Assembly (NCBI RefSeq): GCF_964204645.1 | Contig: NC_134035.1 | Coordinates: forward strand, 8,216,451-8,280,450 | Source: Tubulanus polymorphus | Lineage: Eukaryota > Animalia > Nemertea | DNA length: 64,000 bases | Direction of reading: 5' to 3' | Shown here: in pieces, positions 53,380-63,435 of the stretch | Position numbering within the stretch: the first letter of the stretch is position 1 | Layout: every line of letters starts with the position of its first letter | The notes under the pieces: generated by a model | Told to the model about the DNA's origin: nothing | Databases searched by the model: none | What the model saw: the letters and a program-made list of their open reading frames with translations, nothing else | Translations under genes and position numbers: made by a program

Positions 53380-55221
53380 TAAAACAGATACATGAAAAAG
53401 CGATGTTTATCTGCTTATTTTACTTAAGTCTACATTGTACATTACTCAAACTTCTAAATCCCGGGTAGGCATACGCGGGGCTATATCCAAGATTTGAAAA
53501 ACCGATTTCCTGTGACGTTTGAGAGATGAGGAACACCTTTTTAAAGGCTGATCCAAAATGGCTGCAAAAGAAAATATGAAAGCTTTCGATGTTTCTTGGA
53601 AATAGCTGTCATTGGTTAAAGAAATGTTTGTTTTCGTACTTTAAGTGTATGATATATAAGTATATCACCTTGGCAACTGCATTATCACGCGGTTTTGGGT
53701 CGTTTCTATTTCTATCGAACCGTTTTACCGGTTACACAGTTTAGCGCATCATAATATCGTCAGTCGCTTGTGCGCTGCAAATGCAACTGGATCAACTGTT
53801 TGATGAATCGATTCGGTCTCGCGCAGTATACTCTCCGCTCGCTCGCTCGCTCGCTCTCTCCGTCGATATCAGTCGGTGTTTTATTACTACACGGCAGTCA
53901 GTACGCGTAAAACAAACGACATATCACCACATCTGCGAGTGGATAAAACACACGTACTGTGAGAGTGAAATCACGTTTACACGTACACGCGTAGAGAACA
54001 GAAGAGACATACCGTTAGTCAGGTAAGTATTTAGTCGCAGTGTGCTTTTGATAAAATCGATATATCACAAGATTTGTGGTAACGACTTTTTGAATATACG
54101 TTACACAAATAAAGCGTAGGTGAAATAAATCGCCAATTGAATAGTAATTCTGATTTATCATTTGAAATTATCATAGAAATCAAAATTTCCGTGATAACAT
54201 GGATACGGAGAGGAATATCGCCAGTCAGGTATCGAACTGTTGCGATGATAATAAGTATACGAATTTGCAGAGTTGTCCATATCTGCGATAATCACATAAA
54301 GACCCGAATGTACGGGCTTGAATTTAAGAATAGAAATGAGTATTAGAGACTAGAGAGTGCATCTCATACCACGTAGAATTCACTTGAGTCTTCAGAGAAG
54401 AAAACTCGAACTTGACATGAAATACATGGTAATCCCGATAACAGACCAATCGTTCAATTTCGATTTCGATTTGATCAGAACCATTTGTATTGGGACTTGA
54501 ATTTCGTATGGGTTAGAAGAAAATTGCCGGTCGATGGACCTAAAATAAAAACACAGTCACCCTTATATCGATGGTACGGAAAATTTCTTATTCGACGTAC
54601 GTTTGAGGGCAAAACAATTTACTTTCGTTTTTGGACTAATTATGGTAGATTTTCCTCCTCAGAAACCCTCGAAGTTGTATGAAATACGTGCAAGAAATAA
54701 ATCTAACTCGTTGATTATTCATGTATTTGCCGGTGAATATTCCAAATTCCGATATTAAGAATTCAGCTGGTTTTCGATTGGTCTCTATACCGTTTCCGGT
54801 ATTCTCTTCTGGCGCGTTCGTTACGACCAGAATACGCTCTACCCTATCCGGAATAGCGTAATGTGTAAACCCGATAGAAAGCCGGTCAGAGTCCGTAATC
54901 CGGAATTACTGTTCCTAAACCGGAATACGTTCAATCGAAGAAAGCTGCCTCATAGTCTGAATGACGGCGGAGTGGCGTTTCTAAGAAAACCGCATCGAAG
55001 TCGCACAATCCGTATACAGCGTAACAACGATCGCGCAGCAACCACCACGATCTTTAACCGAACGAATAGTCTCTCCTCGCGGATCTTAATTTAAATCTTT
55101 TTCGAATCGTCTGAATAATTGGAACTGATCGTTGCCGTTTTTTTGGTCAATTGCAGTAATCGAAGAGATGTACGCGTTGATGGTATGAGCGGTGGAGATT
55201 AATGCGGTCCGACTCCCGACG

Positions 55222-55330
55222 ATGGACACGATAACCATATTTGTGATTGTCATAGCAACTGGTATAATGACTGTGGCAATATGCCTCGTACTGTTTTGTA
55301 ACTGTGTGAAACGATTCAACAAAAATAGAG
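55222..55330 (+). CDS. Probable first coding exon of a host single-pass membrane protein (5' UTR exon ending ~54022)
   Basis: Acceptor TTGCAG at 55151-55156; MDTITIFVIVIATGIMTVAICLVLFCNCVKRFNKNR is a TM helix followed by Cys and basic residues; donor GAG|GTATAT at 55330; strong upstream donor CAG|GTAAGT at 54022. Confidence 0.45.
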
Positions 55331-55467
55331 GTATATCTGTTTATTTACATATCGCTTCCGCTAGACAATATGGCTACATTCATAAAATCCCCACCATGAC
55401 GTCACTTAAGCCCAATGCACACGGTGCATGGAAACACGGAAAATGGTGATACAAATACATTGTTTCT

Positions 55468-55631
55468 GATCGTTTCCCTGTTCCCGTTTAGGCAAAACGC
55501 AGGGAAACACGGGAATAGGGGACACAAACATGTTTCCAATCGTTTCCCTGTTCCCGTTTAGGCAAAACGCACGTACGACGCAGGGAAACACGGGAATAGG
55601 GGACAAAAACATGTTTCCAATCGTTTCCCTG
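55468..55631. repeat. ~70-80-bp tandem repeat, 2+ units
   Basis: TCGTTTCCCTGTTCCCGTTTAGGCAAAACGCA...GGGAAACACGGGAATAGGGGACA repeated. Confidence 0.8.
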
Positions 55632-56940
55632 TCGGTTCGTGAAACAACGTTTCCGACATGAAAAATGTTTGATTCCGTCTTTCTGTGCAGGTTCCGTATT
55701 TCTCTGCGTGTCGTTTGGCTTGCAATTTATAATTGCTAATCGTCTTCTAGTGTCCCCAGATTCGAACCGATTAAAGCTGACGAATCACGACGATAAGCAA
55801 TTAATTCGATCGGGGATTTCTAAGGCAGCCATTCCGGGAAGGTATACATACAGTCCTATCGTCCGAGCAGCGTTCACCGTCAAATTGATATTGTTCGAGC
55901 AAAAAGCCCATAGAAAGCGCGGACATTTTTTTAAACCAAAACGTCTCGATAAACTGGCCGTAAATTTAGTAGGAGCATTCTAGAACGTGTGAATATTATG
56001 AATGTGTCATGTGATCTCCCTTACATGTGGAGAAAGGGTCCTTCATCTCTGAAGATATCCCGTGCCGATGGAGGCCACTGGAAACAGAATTGTAGTAGCA
56101 AGCAAAAAAGTGACAATAACAAATTGATTGCAGCAAATGCCTGAAATACGTTTTTTTGGGTTTTCCGGGGACCACGTGATTGTTTTCAACCGATGAAATC
56201 GTCGCTGGACCAGTTCAATCAGATACCAATCAGCTTGCGAAAAATCATCAAGATACAAGCAGTAAACACTGAGTAAAATCGTGCGCCGTTACCGCTTTTC
56301 ATGATATGGATATCATTACTGATGGTAACGTGTAATTGATGACGTATCAAAACCGATCGAAAGCACGTTGATTTGAACTCGTGTTTCGCTCCACGACGCT
56401 ATAGGCGTTATACACGATATACGATATTCACCAAAAGCTGACATTTATTTGAAACTACACGTAGAAAGCACACTCGCGTATACATCGATCGCTACGACTT
56501 CGCTAGCTCGGTAGCGAAATATGTAGCAACGCCGGATTTATTCTGATCTTTTGGGTTCAAGTCTAGTGCTGTACTAACTGGGGCTTTGTGCCTGAATGAA
56601 TGGTACCGTTATATTGCGAGTCTATAATTAGAATTCCTGCTGACTGATTGGCTGAAATTTAAGTCTGCTTCCGTTTGGCCCTCTATAAATATTTCCACAC
56701 CGGTTTATCGCCGTTCCATTTCCATTAGTTTATACAATGATTGACTACCACTTTCTCCACGGCGACACTATTTGGTACATAGTTTCGTATCAATATATAT
56801 ATCGTAATCCGTTCTGAATTATTGGCCTGTTTTATTATAATGAAACAAGTCATTTTATTATAATGAAACAAGTCATTAATACAATTTGAGTAATTAGAAA
56901 AGTAGGGTTTCAGATCAGAGGACGAGAGGACGAGACACCA

Positions 56941-57007
56941 CTCATCACCACAAGTAATTTTTTTTTTCCTACTCATCACCACAAGTAATTTTTTTTCCTT
57001 ATAAATG
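56941..57007 (+). promoter_or_regulatory. Putative viral promoter of PolB: duplicated CTCATCACCACAAGTAATTTTTTT followed by TATAAATG
   Basis: Direct ~31-bp duplication; the same CTCATCAC...TTTTCCTT(A)ATAAATG arrangement precedes the VLTF3-like ORF on the minus strand (63365-63410). Confidence 0.55.
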
Positions 57008-60000
57008 GGGGAGAATGAACACCAGCCAGAAAACAATAATGTTAATAAAAATCAATATTATTGCACATATTGTAAAAAATATGTTGATACATCTAATAAA
57101 ACACGACATGAAAAAACTGCAAATCATATAAAAAATGTAATAGATTTTGAAACTCCAGAAAATTCTAATGAAAGAAAAGAACGATTAGAAAATATGAATG
57201 TGAATGAAATAAAATGTGAAGTTTGTAACGAATTTATAGTAAAAAGGAATTATAATAGACATCTCGAATCACAAAAACATTATAAAAATTTAAATAAAAA
57301 TGTTTTAGGATTAGAATATTTTGATAATAAACCTCAACAAGTAAAAGAATCAACTTCAAAAACAAAATCTATTTCAAATAAACCTTACATGGAAAATGTT
57401 AGAAATTATATTGATTCACTAGAAATAAAAGATACAATTGAAATCTTAGAAACATTACATAGTAAAATTGGTCCTGCAGCTATTATATTTAGATTTTTTA
57501 AAGGTACAACAATAGAAGATTATAGTAAATTTAATGAAATAATAGAAAAAATACTAGATTTGATAACAGATGTTGAATATCCAAAAATAAGTATCTCTGG
57601 GAAAGTAAGTTTTATAAAGTCAGAAGAAAAAATGGATTATAATATTCAAACACACTCTGAAGAAATAATTTCAAAAACACAAATAAAAGAGAAGTTAGAA
57701 AAAATATTAAATGAATTTAAACGTCATATTGAAGAAAGATATTTTGAGGGTTCTGGCTTAACATTGAATGAAATTATATATTTAGATTTAAATGTTTATA
57801 ATACAAAAAGGAATAAAACATCAAAAAGTAATAAAATGTTTAAAAATGATTCAAACTTTATAACAGAAAAAGATATGAAAGCATCAAGTTATATCAAATT
57901 ACCATTTATAACAAAAGCAGTAATAAATATTCAAAATGAAGATAATAAATGTTTTCTATGGTCAATTATTAGTTGCTTACATCCAACACAGGAAAATGTT
58001 TGTAGAATAACAGATTATCGGAAATATGAAACATTATATAAAATTGATCAATATCCAGTAACTATAAAAATGATTCCTAAAATAGAAAAAGTTAATAATT
58101 TAAAAATAAATGTATTTGAATTAATGCAATTACCAAAGACAAAAGGTGAAAATATTAAAGATTATACATTGGAAGCTTTATATTTAACAGAATATTATGA
58201 TGATGAAAATGCTGTAGATTTGTTATATTACAAAAAAGATGAAAATGAACATTATATGTGGTTAAAACAAATTGATTTATTCTTTAGAACAGAAAGTGAT
58301 CATCATAATAAAATTTATCTATGTAGAAAATGTTTATCTAAATTTATGACTGAGAATACATTATTAAAACATAAAGAATTATGTGATAATAAAGATTTTT
58401 GTAAATTAATAATGCCAACAGAAAAAGATTATAAATTGAAATTTACTAATTATAAATTTAAAAATATTGTTCCATTTGTAATTTATGGGGATTTTGAATC
58501 GTTGAATAAAGAATTAACTAATCAAGATAGAAAAGAAATATATAACAAAAAGCAATTATTAAAATCAATGGATAAAGGAAATGAATTAAATGAAGACACA
58601 ATACAAGACCCACCAATTATAAATACAATTAAAAAAGTTCATCAAAGAGCTGCTGCTTATGGAATTTACATCAAATCAAATTATCCCGAATTATATGAAA
58701 GTCAATATATTTCTTTTAGAGGTGAAAATGTAGTTAATGATTTTTGTGATAAAATGATTGAATTAGAAAGTGATTTTACAAAATTATTAAACAAAAATAA
58801 AAGAATAGTTATGACAAAAGAAGATGAAATTGATTTTAATTATGCAACTCATTGTTGTTACTGTGAAAAACGTTTTTATTCATTTGATAAAAAAGTTAGA
58901 GATCATGATCATTTAAATTCAAAATATCGTGGAGCTGCTCATGAAGATTGTAATTTACAAGCTAAAAAAGTAAATTTCGTACCAATATTATTTCATAATT
59001 TATCAGGATATGATACCCATCTATTTATAAAACAATTATCGGGAAAATTGGGTGCAATTAATCAAGAAATAGAAGAATATAATGCTATGAATGAAGCAAA
59101 TGTAAGAAAATATGATTTTAAACTATTAGCTAAAACATCTGAAAATTATATTTCATTTCAATTTGGTTGCATTAGATTTTTAGATTCTTATAGATTTCTA
59201 GCAAGTTCATTAGATAATTTATCAAAATCATTAGTTGATAATGATTTTATTATAACTCGATATTATTATCCAAATGAACAAGATTTTAAATTATTGAGAT
59301 ATAAAGGCGCAATTCCTTATTCATTTTATAAAACACATGATGATTTTAATGTAACAGAATTATTAAAAGATCAATTTTATGATCAATTAAAAGAGGAGTA
59401 TGTGAAAGACGAAGTTTTTAATAGAACATTAAATATTTGGAACCATTTTAAGATGAAAAATCATGGTGAATTAGTTGATTTATATTTAAAATCAGATGTT
59501 ATGATATTGGCAGATATATTTGAAAAATTTAGAGAAGTTAATTTGAATCATTTTAATGTTGATCCTTGTTATTGTTATTCTAGTCCTGGTTTAACCTGGC
59601 AATGTGGTTTAAAATATACAAATGTAGAATTAGATTTATTAAAAGAACCAGATATGGTTTTATTATTTGAAAAATCAATTAGAGGTGGAATTAGTGGTGT
59701 TATGGGAGATAGGTATTTTAAAGCAAATGATGAATATAAATTATTATATATTGACGCCAATAATTTATATGGTTGGGCAATGATGCAACCTCAACCATAC
59801 AAAAATTTTATATTAACAGAAGTTGAAAATGATGATAAAACTGATTGGGAAAGCGCAATTACGAGTTTAAAAGATGAAGCACCAATTGGTTATTTCTTTG
59901 TAGTTGATTTGGAATATCCCGAAAATATTAAATTTAAAACAAGAAACTTGCCATATTGCCCCGAACATTTAGCCGTAGATGATAGTTATTTAAGTGAATA

Positions 60001-62069
60001 CCAGAAGAAAGTAAAACCGAAAGATCATGTTTTTACGGAAAAATTAATACTTACTCAAAATAATAAATACAATTATATTGTTCATTATAGAATGTTAAAA
60101 TTTTATCTAAAACAAGGAATGAAATTAAAGAAAGTACATAGATATATTGAATTTAATCAATCGAAGTGGTTAGAAAAATATATAGATTTCAATACTCAAC
60201 AGAGAACCATATCAAAAACAGATTTTGAAAAAGATTTCTTCAAATTGATGAACAATAGTTTTTATGGTAAAACATGTGAAAATATTAGAAATAGAAATGA
60301 TATTGAATTAGTAAATAATTCTGAAAGATTAAGACATTTACAATCAAGTCCTAGACATTTAGGAAATAAAAGATTTGAAGATTATTTAACAGCAGTTAAA
60401 TTAAAAAGAACATCAATGAAATTTAATAAACCTATATTTATTGGTTCGACTGTTTTAGAAGTATCAAAATTATTAATGTATGATTTTTATTATAATGTTT
60501 TACAACCACTTTTTGGAGAAAAACATATAGAAATATTATATTTTGATTCTGTAACAGCTGACACCCCAATATTATTAAAATATAATAACCAAATATTAAT
60601 TAGAAGAATTTCAGAAATAATTTCAAAACAAAATGAATGTTATATTTCATATGGTGAAAAAGAATTAATACAAATAAATGGATTAATGGATGTTTGGACA
60701 AGAAATGGATGGAAAAAATTAAAGAATATTATTAGACATAAAACAAATAAGAAAATCTATAGAGTTAGAACTAAATTAGGGTTTGTAGATGTTACAGAAG
60801 ACCATAGTTTAATTAAACAAAATGGTGATGAAATAAAACCAACTGATATAAAAATTGGAGATGAATTATTACACAACAGATTTTACCCAAGAATGAATCA
60901 TATGTCATTTGATGAAATAATTGATAATATTTATAATATAGAACCCGAAACATTGGAAGAAAAAGAATATTTTATCAAAGGATTTTTCATGGGTGATGGT
61001 TCAGCAGGTATGTATAAATATGTTAGTGGAACTAAATATTGTTGGTATTTATGCAATCAAGACTTAAAATTATTAGAAAGAATAAAGAAATTCTGTGAAG
61101 AAGTTTATCCAAATAAAACATTTAGAATCATGGATGTTATGAAATCAACAGCAGTTTATAGAATACTTGTAAATAATCCTAAAGATTTTGCTATAGAATA
61201 TAATGATGAATTCTATATTCATGCAATAGTGAAAAGTAATACTTCAACAAAAGAAAAGATAGTTCCAGATTATGTATTAAATGCAAAAAATAATTTAAGA
61301 AAATGGTTCTTCATTGGATTCTATGCTGCAGATGGTTCAAAAAGTTTCAAAAACCGCAAAAACAATATCTTTAGCTCAAAAAGGAAAAGTTGCTATATCA
61401 GGATTGAATATATTATGCAGTTCATTAGGATTTAATATGAATATTGGATTGATTAAATCTAAACCAAATTGCTTTAATTTAAGCCATGTAGAAAATGAGT
61501 TAACAGAAGAAGTTAAAGATTTATTTGAAATATATAACCCAACAGATTATGTTTATGATTTATCAACTGAAGATGGTACATTTAACAGTGGATTTCCATT
61601 AATAGCGGCCAATACGGATGCCTACATACTAAAAATCAAGACAAATAACATAACAAAAGACTTAAAAACATTAAAACATCATTTTGATTTTAGCAATTAT
61701 CCTAAAGATCATGAACTATTTAGCAATGATAATAAAAAGATTCCTGGTAAATTTAAAGATGAATTAGGAGGTGATGAAATGATTGAATTTGTTGGGATAA
61801 GAAGTAAAATGTATTCATATAAAACTAAAGATCATGAATCTAAAAAGTTAAAAGGAATAACAAAACATGTGGTTGATAAACATATAGAATTTCAAGATTA
61901 TATAAAGTGTTTATATAAATCAATTGTAATGAAACACAAAATGAATTGTTTAAGATCAGAAAATCATGAAATGTACATAAATGAAATTGAAAAAACTAGT
62001 TTAAATCCATTTGATGATAAAAGGCATATTTTAGATGATGGTATAAAAACATTACCTTATGGCCATTAA
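57005..62069 (+). CDS. polB: Protein-primed family B DNA polymerase (pPolB) precursor containing an intein; split by a +1 frameshift at ~61339-61362; mature extein product would be ~1332 aa
   Basis: ExoI VIYGDFES, ExoII FHNLSGYD, ExoIII YLKSDVMIL, PolA YIDANNLYG, PolB KLMNNSFYGK, PolC YFD|TDA, C-terminal GKFKDE...RSKMYS...KLKGI...PFDDKR...TLPYGH; N-terminal C2H2 fingers, NEDNKCFLWSI and DHDHLNSKYRGAAHEDCN typical of group-2 Polinton PolBs. Confidence 0.95.
60548..61613 (+). mobile_element. Intein with LAGLIDADG homing endonuclease (355 aa if one base is removed)
   Basis: Block A SVTADTPILL, block B VDVTEDHSLI (TxxH), block C FIKGFFMGDGS, block E FFIGFYAADGS, block F YVYDLSTEDGTF, block G LIAAN followed by extein Thr; removal restores YFDTDA. 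Confidence 0.95.
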
Positions 62070-63367
62070 AACATAAAATCAATATCATCAAACTCGAAAT
62101 CACTATTGGCTTCTTCATTTTCATTTAATTGTTCAGGTTCTTCTTCAATTCCATTTTTCTCATTTAAATAAATTTCTATCTTGTTCCACATTTCATCTCG
62201 CTCTCTTTGTTTCTTTTTGTTTGTTAATTCATCAAATGGAATTATAATATCTAGGTTTAAATAATTTACAATCTTATTTAAAAAGAATTCATAATTTATT
62301 GAATCTGTTATTCTATTTTCCAAATGATACATTAATATTTGTTTAAATATTTTTTTTATATTTTCCATATCTTCTTCTGTTAATTTAGGTTTTTCATAAT
62401 AATCGTTAAATAATAAATATAAATACATTTTCTTTTGTTTTGTGTTAAATGTTGACGGAATAATTGTTTTTATAATATCTTTTTTAGTTATTTCACCATT
62501 TTTATTTTCTATTATTTTCATTTTTTCAAGCCATTGCATATATTCTGGTGTATGATCTTCTATAGAAAATATTTTAAAAATTTCATCTAGATAATTTAAT
62601 TTTGGTTCTATGAGAAAATCTCTAGTTTTTTCTTCACCCCATAAATTCTTTTGCCATCCACATTCAACACAAAATAACACAGCACCTTCTTGTCTTAAGG
62701 TCGCATAACTACATTGTGGGCATTTTCGTTTATAATTTATTGGTAATAGATCTTCATTAAGCTCTTGGTATTTTCTTACGTTTTCTTTATGTTTTATTGT
62801 TCTATTATGTAGATTTGAATTACTTGTTGTAATAATCAATTTACAATATTTACAATAATATGTTTTTCTTGTTAATTCATTATATTGTTTTTCTAACTTT
62901 TCAACTGTTTCTTTATTATCTGGTAACGTTTTCTCATATTTTATTTTTTCTAATAAATTATTTTTTCTTTCATTGAATTCAGTTTCAAATTTATTAGAAA
63001 TTTTATCTATATGTGCTTTACGAAATTGATGATTCTCCCAATCTTCTATATTTTCAGGGTTATATTTTATTCGACAAGGCTCACAGAAATGATCTTTTAT
63101 ATTATCCTTATCATAGAATAAGAAAGGTCTTTTCCAAATAACTTCAGGTTCAACTTCGGCAGATTTACTATCAACATTAGCCGTTGCGCCATTAATTCTA
63201 CACTTCTCTGAATGTTTTTTAACATAATTTCTTGAGAATAATTTATTACATTTTGGGCAGTTTATTTTAGGGGGTTTATAATTTTCATCATGTTTTTTCA
63301 TATGTCGAGCCATATTACTTTTTCTTAGAAGTTCACCACAAATTTCGCATGCTATCTTCTCATCCAT
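62066..63367 (-). CDS. Multi-zinc-finger protein fused to a VLTF3 (vaccinia A2L)-like late transcription factor domain
   Basis: N-terminal C2H2-type fingers; zinc ribbon CPQC-x13-CVECG (62657-62722); C-terminal SINYEFFLNKIVNYL...RERDEMWNKI resembles the VLTF3 S-Y-x-F/Y-x-L-x-K...D-x-x-W-x-K-I pattern; stop overlaps the PolB stop (TTAA). Confidence 0.7.
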   Translation of the reverse strand: MDEKIACEICGELLRKSNMARHMKKHDENYKPPKINCPKCNKLFSRNYVKKHSEKCRINGATANVDSKSAEVEPEVIWKRPFLFYDKDNIKDHFCEPCRIKYNPENIEDWENHQFRKAHIDKISNKFETEFNERKNNLLEKIKYEKTLPDNKETVEKLEKQYNELTRKTYYCKYCKLIITTSNSNLHNRTIKHKENVRKYQELNEDLLPINYKRKCPQCSYATLRQEGAVLFCVECGWQKNLWGEEKTRDFLIEPKLNYLDEIFKIFSIEDHTPEYMQWLEKMKIIENKNGEITKKDIIKTIIPSTFNTKQKKMYLYLLFNDYYEKPKLTEEDMENIKKIFKQILMYHLENRITDSINYEFFLNKIVNYLNLDIIIPFDELTNKKKQRERDEMWNKIEIYLNEKNGIEEEPEQLNENEEANSDFEFDDIDFMF

Positions 63368-63435
63368 TTATTAAGGAAAAATTTTATTAAAATTAATTTT
63401 TAGTGATGAGCGGTAATTTTTTTATGTTATAAATA

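Noticed and set aside
60548-61613. Group I or spliceosomal intron, or Hedgehog-type Hint domain
   Set aside because: Insert is in frame from the extein, has Ser/Asn-Thr intein junctions and no GT-AG ends, and carries LAGLIDADG motifs between the splicing blocks
61314-62069. Independent 251-aa gene, or a natural split (trans-splicing) intein
   Set aside because: Starts at a TTG with no TAAAT motif, overlaps the upstream ORF, and the break lies mid-endonuclease in A-runs; a 1-nt indel explains it better
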